Below, piece after piece: positions 24,901-38,500 of a DNA stretch of 64,000 nucleotides; position 1 is the first letter of the stretch, and each line of letters begins with the position of its first letter. Source of the DNA: Lingula anatina (Eukaryota > Animalia > Brachiopoda); contig CM120646.1 in the NCBI GenBank assembly GCA_051362555.1, forward strand, positions 23,002,001 through 23,066,000, in the 5' to 3' direction. The position numbers were made by a program, and so were the translations under genes. Below the pieces are notes generated by a model. It saw only the letters and a list, made by a program, of their open reading frames with translations. It made no database searches and was not told the origin of the DNA.

Positions 24901-27900
24901 TTTCAAGGTCACAGTAAATTGCCAGTATATGACTTCCTATTCAAGTTAAATAGTAACTATGGACCTATTTCTGCCAGGTTTGGAGTTAAAAGAGAAAGAA
25001 ATTAGCAGAGTTCAGTTCATGATAATAAGTAGATCAAAGGTCAATTTCAAGGTCACACTTAGATTGCCATTATATGACTTCCTATTCAAGTTCAATAGTA
25101 ACTATGGACCTATCTCTGCCAGTTTTGGAGATAAAAGGGAACCAAAATTTGCAAAGTTCAATTCATGATAAAAAGTGGGTCAAAGGTCAATTTCAAGGTC
25201 ACACTTAGATTGCCAGTACATGACTTCCTATTCAAGTTCAATAGTAACTATGGACCTATCTCTGCCAGTTTTAGAGATAAAAGGGAAGCAAAATTTGCAA
25301 AGTTCAGTTCATGGTGAAAAGTAGGTCAAAGGTCAATTTCAAGGTCACAGTAAGATTGCCAGTATATGACGTCCCATTCAAGTTCAATGGAAACTATGGA
25401 CCTATCTCTGCCAGTTTTGGAGATATAAGGGACTAAATGGTATAATTTTGGTGTTACCATAATGTGCCATAAATTTCCTACAGAAAAGATTAATTTAAAT
25501 AAAGAAAACATCATTTTGGTCAAAATTCCTAAAATAGGAGGTGCTCTGAAGTTCCAGAAGTTCAAATTTGATGAAATATATCATTTTTGACCACAAGTTG
25601 TCTGCTTTGCCAAGCCTTATGTATTATTGTTCCAGAGTTCAAAATTTATTATCCATTACTGTACTGCACATTTTGCTTTCACCACCAATATGTACTTTTT
25701 GAAACAGCGTAACTTGAAAACCGTATGGAATACAAAAAAATGGAGCCCACCCTCAGTGTTGGTCTTTACATGCTCTACAAAATGCAAAAAAAAATGGGTC
25801 TCTAGCATTAACGGTTCCCGAATTAGAGACAGTTTTCAGTTTCGGTACTTTATGGCCGCTACTCCCGTGAAAATGCACCGATTGACCCCAAATTCACGGA
25901 GATGAAAGATGACCTGAAGGGTAACACTTTTCAATAATATTATTGGTTAAGTCTGTGTGGTGTCTGAATAAGAGGGAAAAAAAAATTTTCTTAAAAAATT
26001 TTATTTTTTTGAAAACTTTGGCCCGTTTGACCTTGAAGTAAAGGTCAAAGGTCAAATCCAAGGGCATATTTGAAATCTACACATATGACTTTTGGAAAGC
26101 CGTCTGTAGAAATTTTTCCCATAACTCCTTCCGTAGGGTAGATAATTAGCATTTAATTTTGCCATTTTTAGACAAGGGTGCATTGCAATGAGTGCCACAC
26201 CTAGACCCCAATACCGACAAAGCCCAAATTTTACGTGGAACGAGTTGAGATTATAGGTGACCTAAATCCTAGACGGTAAGGACCCCTGTACCCATCTCTT
26301 GGAGAAGCGGTAACGGTGACTTGGCGGCGGAGCCGCAGGAGGCGGCGGAACATACGCTGGTGGTACAATTATATAATGACTTTTTGACCTGGTTCTTAAT
26401 TTTTTTTTTTTGGTCCTTCATTATCAGTAATGTATTAATTTGTATATTCTACACTACAAATTAATAAATAAACAAAGATGTTTTGTGAACAAACCTGTAG
26501 AAGTTGTAATGGTTTTTGCCCTTGAAAAGCCAGAATTGTCCTTTTTATTTACAAGCTTTATCAAGAAGGTCCAGTGTGTGCAGGCAGCAGTGTCAAAATC
26601 TTTGTACCTTGCATTGGCTGCAACAGTTTGTGTTACCACACCAGCATCAGTTCCATTCTTATACCTGATTTCAATCTCTCTTCCACCCCGGCATTTCCAA
26701 TCTTGATCAGTTATTTTCTTAAAAAGCCAAATATTAAACATATCACATAAATTAAAATGTTAAAACAAGGCAGCAAAGCTGTCAAATGTACAGACAAAAA
26801 ACAGAAAATAATGATGCAAAATAGGTCATTTTGCCAATTTTGATGCAATAATAAATAATGCTTATAATGGCACTGTTAGTCAACACTGAATTTTAATCAT
26901 GCACAACAGGTAACATGGTCAATAACAGGAGCTGACCCAGAGATATTTTCTGACAGTATTCCAAAGTATCTTTGTTGATCCATCCTCTATTTTGATGATC
27001 TTCCAACAGAAAAAAAAATAAATATCAGTCATTATAAACTTAAAAATCCAACGTCTTCAGGAAGCTGACCCAGAAGATGGTCTCAATCCATCCCTTCAAT
27101 AAGATTACAGTATCAGGACCATGAGAGACCAAAGTCACATGATGAAAGTCTCAATATTTGAACAAGGCAGCAAAGCTGTCAAATGTACAGACAAAGAACA
27201 GAAAATAAAGATGCAAATAAGTGAAAAATTAAATTTTCACAAAAAACTGTTAAATTGCCAGAAAAATTTACCAAACAGACTTCATTGCCTATTGAAGCTG
27301 TATGTTAGACCCATGTTTCTTTCCTGTAAGTTTGAGAACAGTAAGTGACATGATTTCCCTTAAATGGTCAGCATAGGAGCAGTGCCCAAAATAGGGGTTT
27401 CTTCAAATTTTGATGCAACATTACATAATGTTTAACAGCATAATGACAATCAAATGTTATTAATAAAATATTTGTAACATGGACATTCAGAAAATGTGAC
27501 AAGCAAAAGTCTTCAAGATCATGGAACTTAAACATCACACCTTGAAAATGCCAATATGTGAAAAATCAAATTTTCACAAAAAAAAAAAAAAAAAAAAAAA
27601 AAATACCAAACAGACTGCATTGCCTACTGAAGCTGTATTTTAGTCCCATGTTTCTTTCCTGTAAGTTTGAGAACAGCAAGTGACATGATTTCTCTTCAAT
27701 GGTCATCAAAGGAGCAGTGCCCTAAATAGGGGTTTCTTCAAATTTTGATGCAATATTACATAATGTTTAACAGCATAATGACCATCAATTTTTAATTATG
27801 AAATATTTGTATCACAGATATTCAGAAAATGTGACTAGCAAAGGTCTGCAGGCCCATGAAACTTCAAAGTCACATCTTGAAAATGCCAAAATGTAAACAA

Positions 27901-30900
27901 TACAGCACTGTTCTGAAATGGGTTTATTTCCATTTTTAACACTTTTTCAACATAAAACAAAATAAACATTTTACTGCCATTTTTATCTGACCAACTAAGA
28001 AAATTGATGAGATAGAAAAAATATCAATAGAACAGTGTTAAATGTCCAATTTCCTCCATTCTGAGATTCTGAACATAGTTGATGATTGAATCTAACAAAC
28101 TGCAATATGATATGATATGAGTTTATTTCCATTTTTGACACTTTATTACACAATACAGGATATCAAGTTTACCGTCATTTTTACATAATCAACTAACAAT
28201 GTTGTAAAGATGCAGGAAATATCAAACAAACACTTTTACGTATCTTATTAGTTAAATAATGAGACTGTTAACATGCTTAAGAATTGAATCTGAGGAAATG
28301 TGAAAAAACAGCATAACTTCTAAAATAACGGCCAGATTATGCTGATTTTCCAACTCAACCTGCATTTTAGTAAGATTGACCACTCCTGTAAGTATAATGA
28401 CAATTGGCCTATCTGTTTTTATGTACAGACACAGATGTGTCTGTACATATAGCCATCATCTGCGTCTGTCGTCGTCGCCGTCGTGCACTTTTACTGATAA
28501 CACGATAAGTGGAAAACTGTTTTTCATTTCAGCTTGAAACTTACAGAATTGATGAATATTCATAATACGCAGGTCAAGTTCGAAAAAATCAGCATGATCG
28601 GGTGACTTGTAGGGAAGTTATGCTGTTTTTTCACTTTTTTCAGCATATATGCAGCACCGATAACACGATAAGTGGAAAACCATTTTACTTTTTGGGCTGA
28701 AACTTACAAAACTGATGAATATTCATAATCCGCAGGTCAAGTTCGAAAATCAGCATGATTGGGCCATTTTTAGGGGAGTTATGCTATTTTTTCACTTTTT
28801 TCAACATATATACAGCACTGATAACACAATATAAGAAAAACAGATAGGCCAATTGTCATTATACTTACAGGAGTGGTCAATCTTACTAAAACGCAGGTTG
28901 AGTTCCAAAATCAGCATAATCGGGCCAATATTTTAGAAGTTATGCTGTTTTTTCACATTTCCTCGGATTCAATTGTTAGGCATGTTAACAGTCTCATTAT
29001 TGAACTAATAAGATACGTAAAAGTGTTTGTTTGACATTTCCTGCATCTTTATGACATTGTTAGTTGATTATGTAAAAATGATGGTAAACTTGATATCGTG
29101 TATTGTGTAATAAAGTGTCAAAAATGGAAATAAATTCATATCATTGCAGTTTATCAGATTCAATCATCTACTATCTTCAGAATCTCAGAATGGAGGAAAT
29201 TGGACATTTAACACTGTTCTATTGATATTTTTCCCATCTCATCAATTTTCTTAGTTGGTCATATACAAATGGTAGTAAACTGTTTATTTTGTTTTATGTT
29301 AAAAAAGTGTTTTAAAAATGGAAGTAAACCCATTGCAGAACAGTGCTGTTATGTTTCAGCATATATGCAGCACCGATAACACGATAAGTGGAAAACCATT
29401 TTACCTTTTGCCTTGAAACTTACAGAACTGCTGAATATTCATAATACGCAGGTCAAGTTCGAAAATCAGCATGATCAGGTCATTTTTAGGGAAGTAATGC
29501 TGTTTTTCACTTTTTTCAGCATATATGCAACACTGATAACATAAGTGAAAAATCATTTTACCTTTTGGCTTGAAACTTGCAGAACTAATGAATATTCATA
29601 TTACGCAGGTCAAGTTTGAAAATCAGCATGATCGGGTCATTTTCAGGGTAGTTATGCTGTTTTTTTACTTTTTTCAGCATATATGCAGCACCGATAACAT
29701 GATAAGTGGAAAACCATTTTACCTTTTGCCTTGAAACTTACAGAACTGCTGAATATTCATAATACGCAGGTCAAGTTTGAAAATCAGCATGATCGGGTCA
29801 TTTTTAGGGAAGTAATGCTGTTTTTCACTTTTATCAGCATATATGCAACACTGATAACATGATAAGTGGAAAACCATTTTACCTTTTGGCTTGAAACTTG
29901 CAGACAAATGTATATTTATAATACGCAGGTCAAGTTTGAAAATCAGCATGATCGGGTCATTTTTAGGGAAGTAATGCTGTTTTTTCACTTTTTTCAGCAT
30001 GTATGCAACACCTATAACACATTTGTGCTATATGATGGTACTGTATGGATGGCAGTCTCTGAAATTGTCCCTTGGGTGATCACTAATTAAATTAAGGTCT
30101 ATAAAGTAACTTGCCTACTCATTAATTTTCAATTGGCCATTAAATGAGATTACATAAAACACTTGTTGAGATTTCCCTGTAAAGTCCCATAGGTTTAGCT
30201 CTCTTAACTGTGTCACAAAATTAGGATTTGGTGATAATTATGCAGATAAATGGTGTTTAACATTGCAAATAAATTTACAACAAAAAAAAAAGAAAAAAAA
30301 ATGTTTTATGCCAACATGCTATAGATGAATAACAGTGCTTAATTTTTCTCAAACTTGGTGGGGTTATTAATATCAAGTTAATACAGCTAGATTGAAAGTT
30401 TGAATAGCAGCTTTATTGGAAATTTTTACGTTTTATTTAAAATTTTTTTTTAAATTATTTTTCAAACACTAGCATCCTCAAGATGTGATTTTTAACTCCC
30501 ATCCACCAGAAGTGCTGTGCATTCTCTGTATTTTTGTATATAATTGTTATTTCTTCAGATTTAATTCTTGGGCATGTTAACAGTCTCATTATGGAACTAA
30601 TAAGATATGTAAAAGTGTTGTTTTGACATTTTCAGCTTCTTAACAATATTGTTAGTTGATTATATAAAAATGACGGTAAACCTGTTATTGTGCATTGTGT
30701 AATAAAGTATCATAAATGGAAAGGAACTCATCATTGCAGTTTGTCAGATTTAATCATTCACTATGTTCAGCATCTGCAAATGGAGCAAATTGGACATTGA
30801 AAATTGTTCTATTGATATTTTTCTTATGTCAACAATTTTCCTAGTTGAACATTTAAAAATGACAGTTTATTGATTATTTTGTTTTAAAAAAGGTGTTGAA

Positions 30901-32478
30901 AATGGAAAGAAAAGTACAGTTATCTCTTGTTTACAGTTTGGCATTTTGAAAGTGTGACTCTGAACTTCCATGGCCTTGAAGACCTTCCCAAATCACATTT
31001 TCTGAATATTCATGATATTTTTATTTTTTTTTTATAAAAAATTTGATGGTCATTATGCTGTTAAGTATTATGTTATATTGCATGAAAGTTGAAGAAAACC
31101 CTGTTTTGGACACTGCTGCCAGGATAGCGATTAAGGGAAAACCATGTTACTTATGATAATCAACCTTACTGAAAAGACTGAAGTGCAGCTTGTGTTGGAA
31201 AACCATTGTAATTGTTTTCTGTTTTGAATGCAATGCAGTAGTGTGCTATTTGGTGCAATAAATGTATATGGATAGTAGGCAGTTAATTCAGGGCTATAAA
31301 GTAATTTGCTTAATTAATTTTCAAGTTATTTCAGGGTTATAAAATAATTTGCTTAATTAATTTTCAAGTGGCCATTAAATGAGATTACATAAACACACAT
31401 TGAGATTTCATTGTAAAGTCCCATAGGTTTAGCTCTCTTAACTGTGTCACATATTTAGGAATCGATTATTATTATGCAGGTAAATGTTATTCAATATTGA
31501 AAATTAGTTTACAAAAAAAAAAAAGATTTTGTGTAACGCTTACATTAATGCTAAAGATGAATAACAGTGCCTTATTATTCTCAAACTCAATAGGGTTATT
31601 CATATCATGTTAGTAATTGTACAGCTAGATTAAAAGTTTGAATAGCAGCTTTATTGGTATTTTTTGTTATGTTTTATTTTACATTTTCTTTTAATATTTT
31701 TTTCAAACACTAGCATCTTCAAGATGACACTTTCTACTGTCATCCACCAGAAGCACTGTGTATTTTGTTTTTCCACATTAGCAGTTGTGTTGGTTTTTAT
31801 GTCTTTAAACATTGTGTAATATTATTTTATGCACTGTCATCATTTTTCACATATAGGGATTTTCATTATGTGAATTTGAACTCTCACATATGGTCCTGAA
31901 ACTGTAATCTTATTGACCATGTTATTCTGTTGTATATATTTTTGAAATTTTTATCTTTTACCTACTGGCATTTTCAGTGTGGGACTTATAACTCCCAAGG
32001 GTATGTAACAGTTCACTTTTATTGATACTACCTGTTGTGCAATATTTGCAACTTGACTTTACAGTTAAAGGGATAATAACTGTTCTTTTTTGGCAAATGA
32101 TTTTTTTTCTAAAAAGTTTTTTTTTGTTAAAATCTCTTAAGAAAGTATTACAAAGTATAGCCACCTATGGAGGTCACATGGTCTGATGCCAAGTTCAGAT
32201 ATCAGAATAATAGCTATGACTGCCCTTTTTGTGGTAAAACAAAATATATTATATTTCTGTGACTTGTTTACACTGTTTAAACTGAAGTTGGATGATTCAT
32301 ATAATGTTTATGCAGCTAGACTGAATGGCAGCTTTAGTGGAATATTTTTGTAATTTTTTCTTTAATTTTAAATTTTTCAAACTAGCATTTTCAAGAAGTG
32401 ACTTATCACTCCCATCCACCAGGAGCCCTGTACTGTAACTTTGTAACACTTTCTGTATTTTTTTAACTTACAAGTATG

Positions 32479-32553
<75 letters not shown>

Positions 32554-35500
32554 TTTTAATTGAGTTTAAGCAATGAGTTTAAGAATTTTTCACTTTATCT
32601 CATTCTGGCATTTCCAAAGTTTAACTCTTATCAGCCTCAAGCCTTAGGGACTATTTCCAGACCCTATCACGCTAACTGTGGATCGATGTATCTCCAAGGG
32701 AATTCTCGCTAAATTGCAATCAATGTAAGTGGCTTAGCTGTCTGTCACGCCTACTGAAACTGGCATGCCAGAATCCTAAGCCGCTTAAACTGAAAGCAAT
32801 TTAGTGAGAAACCCCTTGGAGTTGGATTGATCCTGTTAGATTGATCTAGGTATGGGAACTCAGTCTAATGCTTGTTACACATTTTACTTTCATCTTAATT
32901 CAATGTTATGCAGAATTAGAATTTGATGTTGGCTATGCAGTTACAGTAAGCATAATACATTAATGCAGCAAAATTGACAGTATCCTATTTTCTGCACTTT
33001 TTTTTTGTTTTTTGTCTGTACATTTGACAGCTTTGCTGCCTTGTTCTTATATAGTGTTATCAGTGTTGCATATATGTTGAAAAAAGTGAAAAAATAGCAT
33101 AACTCCCCTAAAAATGGCTTGATCATGCTGATTTTCGAACTTGATCTGCAGATTATGAATCTTCATCAGTTTTGTAAGTTTGAAGCCAAAAAGTAAAGTG
33201 GTTTTCCACTTATCGTGTTATCGGTGCTGCATATATATGCTGAAAAAAGTAAAAAAAAACAAACAGCATAACTTCCCTACAAGTCACCCGATCATGTTGA
33301 TTTTCGAACTTGACCTGCCTATTATAAATATTTATCAGTTCTATAAGTTTCAAGCCAAAAGCCAAAATGGTTTTCCAGTTATCGTGTTATCGGTGCTGTA
33401 TATATGCTGAAAAAAGAGAAAAAAATAGCCTAAATTCACTAAAAATGACCCAAACAAGCTGATTTTCGAACTTGACCTGCGTATTATGAATATTCATCAG
33501 TTCTGTAAGTTTCAAGCCAAAAAGTAAAACGGTTTTCCACTTATCGTGTTATCGGTGCTTCATTTATGCTGAAAAAAGTGAAAAACAGCATAAATTCCCT
33601 ATAAGTGACCCGATCATGCTGATTTTCGAACTTGACCTGCGTATTATAAATATTTATCAGTTCTGTAAGTTTCAAGCCAAAAGCCAAAACGGTTTTCCAG
33701 TTATCGTGTTATCGGTGTTGTATATATGCTGAAAAAAGAGAAAAAATAGCCTAAATTCACTAAAAATGTCCCAATCACGCTGATTTTCGAACTTGACCTG
33801 CGTATTATGAATATTCATCAGTTCTGTAAGTTTCAAGCCAAAAAGTAAAACGGTTTTCCACTAATCATGTTATCGGTGCTTCATTTATGCTGAAAAAAGT
33901 GAAAAAACAGCATAAATTCCCTATAAGTGACCCGATCATGCTGATTTTCGAACTTGACCTGCGTATTATGAATATTCATTAGTTCTGTAGGTTTCAAGCC
34001 AAAAAGTAAAACCGTTTTCCACTTATCGTGTTATCGGTGCTTCATTTATGCTGAAAAAAGTGAAAAACAGCATAAATTCCCTATAAGTGACCCGATCAGA
34101 CATCTGTGTCTGTACATAAAAATGTTCATTTAGAAGGACCTTACGTCATAATTCACTTCTTCAGTTTACTTTCAAGATAACTGTATAACTGCATTTTCTG
34201 AACTAGGTTTTTCTCAATTTTCATTCTTGTATAAAACTCACATTCCAAGTAACCCTGATAACTCTTCTATTAGAATCTGAAACCTCCTGTATGTGGAACT
34301 GGCTGCTATTAGGTCTAGAAGGCTCTGGAAGTTATATGGGAAGGGAAATCATTTACAAAATCTGTTTACAACTAGAGGATCAGAGAGGCGATACCGCCTC
34401 CGAATATTGTACCACCAGCTGGAGCAAGCGCATTCGTATAGACCCCCACATACACAAAAAAGGAACACAGCCACCAGTCTTGTGCTTGACAAGCTGTGAA
34501 AATGCAATCAACAAGAATTTTCAAAATATGCAAAAAATGTATATATAACTAAAAATGGTACAATCAAAGTTGAAAAGTATGGACCTATCTCTGCCAGTTT
34601 TGGAGATAAAGGGGAAGCAAAATTTGCAAAGTTCAGTTCATGGTGAAAAGTAGGTCAAAGGTCAATTTTAAGGTCACTTTTAGATTGCCAGTATATGACT
34701 TCCTATTCAACTTCAATAGAGACTATGGACCTATCTCTGCCAGTTTTGGAGATAAAAGGGAAGCAAAATTTGCAGAGTTCAGTTCATGGTGAAAAGTAGG
34801 TCAAAGGTCAATTGTAAGGTCACATTTAGATTGCCAGTATATGCCTTCCTATTCAACTTCAATAGTAACTATGGACCTATCTCTGCCAGTTTTGGAGATA
34901 TAAGGGACTAAATGGTATAATTTTGGAGTTACCATAATGTGCCATAAATTTCCTACAGAAAAAATCAATTAAAATAAAGAAAAGGTCATTTTGGTCAAAA
35001 TTCTTGAAATGGGAGGTGCTCTGAAGTTCCAGATGTTCAAATTTGATGAAATAATGTCATTTTTGACCATAAGTTGTCTGCTTTGCCAAGCCTTATGTTT
35101 TATTTTTCCGGAGTTCAAAATTTATTACCCATTACCGTACTGCACATTTTGCTTTCACCACCAATATGTACTTTTTGATACAGCGTAACTTTGGAGATAA
35201 AAGGGAATCAAAATTTGCAAAGTTCAGTTCTTGGTGAAAAGTAGGTCAAAGGTCAATTTTAAGGTCACATTTAGATTGCCAGTATATGACTTCCTATTCG
35301 ACTTCAATAGTAACTATGGACCTATCTCTGCCAGTTTTGGAGATAAAAGGGAATCAAAATTTGCAAAGTTCAGTTCATGGAGAAAAGTACGTCAAAGATC
35401 AATTTTAAGGTCACATGTAGATTGCCAGTATATGACTTCCTATTCAAGTTCAATAGTAACTATGGACCTATCTCTGCCAGTTTTGGAGATAAAAGGGAAG

Positions 35501-38500
35501 CTAAATTTGCATAGTTCAGTTCATGGTGAAAAGTAGGTCAAAGGTCAATTTTAAGGTCACATGTAGATTGCCAGTATATGACTTCCTATTCAAGTTCAAT
35601 AGTAACTATGGACCTATCTCTGCCAGTTTTGGAGATAAAAGGGAAGCTAAATTTGCATAGTTCAGTTCATGGTGAAAAGTAGGTCAAAGGTCAATTTTAA
35701 GGTCACATGTAGATTGCCAGTATATGACTTCCTATTCAAGTTCAATAGTAACTATGGACCTATCTCTGCCAGTTTTGGAGATAAAAGGGAAGCAAAATTT
35801 GCAAAGTTCAGTTCATGGTGAAAAGTAGGTCAAAGGTCAATTTTAAGGTCACATTTAGATTGCCAATATATGACTTTCTACTCAAGTTCAATAGAAACTA
35901 TGGACCTATCTCTGCCAGTTTTGGAGATAAAAGGGAAGCAAAATTTGAAAAGTTCAGTTCATGGTGAAAAGTAGGTCAAAGGTCAATTTTAAGGTCACAT
36001 TTAGATTGCCAGTATATGACTTCCTATTCAAGTTCAATAGAAACTATGGACCTATCTCTGCCAGTTTTGGAGATAAAAGGGAAGCTAAATTTGCAAAGTT
36101 CAGTTCATGGTGAAAAGTAGGTCAAAGGTCAATTTTAAGGTCACATGTAGATTGCCAGTATATGACTTCCTATTCAAGTTCAATAGTAACTATGGACCTA
36201 TCTCTGCCAGTTTTGGAGATAAAAGGGAAGCTAAATTTGCATAGTTCAATTCATGGTGAAAAGTAGGTCAAAGGTCAATTTTAAGGTCACATGTAGTTTG
36301 CCAGTATATGACTTCCTATTCAAGTTCAATAGTAACTATGGACCTATCTCTGCCAGTTTTGGAGATAAAAGGGAAGCTAATTTTGCAAAGTTCAGTTCAT
36401 GGTGAAAAGTAGGTCAAAGGTCGATTTTAAGGTCACATTTAGATTGCCAGTATATGACTTCCTATTCAACTTCAATAGTAACTATGGACCTAACTCTGCC
36501 AGTTTTGGAGATATAAGGGACTAAATGGTATAATTTTGGTGTTACCATAATGTGCCATAAATTTCCTACAGAAAAAATTAATTAAAATAAAGAAAAGGTC
36601 ATTTTGGTCAAAATTCTTGAAATGGGAGGTGCTCTGAAGCTCCAGATATTCAAATTTGATGAAATAATGTCATTTTTGACCACAAGTTGTCTGCTTTGCC
36701 AAGCCTTATGTTTTATTTTTCCGGAGTTCAAAATTTATTATCCATTACCGTACTGCACATTTTGCTTTCACCACCAATATGTACTTTTTGATAAAGCGTA
36801 ACTCGAAAACCGTATGGAATACAAAAAAACCGAGACCACCCTCAGTGTTGGGCTTTACATGCTCTACAAAATGCAAAAGAGAATGGGTCTCTAGCATTAA
36901 CGGTTCCCGAATTAGAGACAGTTTTCAGTTTTGGCATCTTATGGCCGCTACTCCCATGAAAATGCACCGATTGACCCCAAATTCATGGAGATGAAAGATG
37001 ACCTGAAGGGTAACACTTTCCAATAATATTATTGGTTAAGTCTGTGTGGTGTCTGAATAACAGGGAAAAAAAAATTTTTTTCGTAAAAAATTTTATTTTT
37101 TTGAAAATTTTGGCCTGTTTGACCTTGAAGTAAAGGTCAAAGGTCAAATCCAAGGGCATATTTGAAATCTACACATATGACTTTTGGAAAGCCGTCTGTA
37201 GAAATTTTTCCCATAACCCCTTCCGTAGGGTAGATAATTAGCATTTAATTTTGCCATTTTTGGACAAGGGTGCATTGCAATGAGTGCCACACCCAGACCC
37301 CAATACCGACAAAGCCCAAATTTTACATGGAACGAGTTGAGATTATAGGTGACCTAAATCCAAGAGATGGGTACGAGGGCCCTTACGGTCTAGGAGGAGA
37401 AGTGGTTATAACGGAGGCTCATATTGCAGTTGTATTCTTTTTATTCTTCCGTAAATACAAGTCATGATCTCCATTAGTTTAACAGTGAAAACGTTGATGT
37501 CTATACCCTTTACTGTAATCCTGTAATAATAAACAAATATAGTACTTAGACTTCGTTCGTTATTATTTTACCTTTCGTTGCGTTACAATCTAAGTATACT
37601 CATTAACTTGTTATACAGTTTTTCTAATAAGGGCTTTCGCTTACACGCTTTCGCTTACACACTTAAGTTATAAGACTTACTTCTAGGTTTGGACATTATT
37701 GTTACTTTTGAATTTTAAATTATTAGCCTTTAACTATTGTTATATAATAAAAAAGATAGAATAAATTACCTTGACTTAAGAAATATCTGTTAAATGTGAA
37801 GCGCTCTTTTGCATGAAACCACATGGTTTCGGACATCTTATAACAAGAAATAGTACCGGAAGAACAAAAATGACTGCGTTTTAACAATGTAAAAAATATG
37901 TATATATTTAACTGCAAAAATGTAAATAATGAAAACCAAAAGACAATAATAATTTAAAGAAACACAATCACAAAGTGTAAAAGATAAGTTAAGTAAGCTA
38001 TCTTCGTGCAGAACTTATTTTCCCGCGTAGTAAAATAAACGCAAACAAAAAATGCATACTTCCGTCGCAATCTTGTGAGAGCATCTATCGCAATCACTAA
38101 CTAACATTACTGGCTGCAGTTACACACCCCCCCAAAATCTATCTAAGATTTTTAACAACATTAAGAGTGCATTAAATTAAATATAATACAAAAAAAAAAA
38201 ATCATTTCCAATGTAAAACTGGATCCAAAGATCAAGGAGTAAATGATAAACACAAAATAAACACTATTTGCTATCAATACATTAACCGCTGCATGTAAAG
38301 GTTATATGTTCTACCTTAATTTCCTTTATAACTTGTTGCTTAAGGTAAATCCACATGTCACCTTAATATAGTACACTAACATACTTTCTTACACCCATAA
38401 CTCACCGTTCACGCCCTAGACCTATTGTGAAACTAGCTTTGTCTATTTTCCAAGTCACCGTGAAGACTGAGAACTAAAAATGAAATGACATTTTTTAAAG

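Larger units (their letters stand above)
26764..34119 (-). mobile_element. Nest of Helentron-type non-autonomous elements, family B (termini at 26764 and 27161; inverted insert 28419-33046; 161-bp arrays)
   Basis: Terminus aacaaggcagcaaagctgtcaaatgtacagaca; subTIR atgtacagaca / tgtctgtacat; palindrome atgtacagacacagatgtgtctgtacat at 28421; arrays at about 28500-28830, 29355-30020 and 33050-34100. Confidence 0.72.

Noticed and set aside
24617-25905. Short ORFs recurring in HINE copies (e.g. [12 protein letters not shown]..., [10 protein letters not shown])
   Set aside because: They recur only because the non-coding element is repeated; frames vary between copies and there are no Rep or helicase motifs.
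35190-36510. Regularly spaced repeats resembling a CRISPR array
   Set aside because: The whole 146-bp unit repeats with no unique spacers; no cas genes; eukaryotic intron context.
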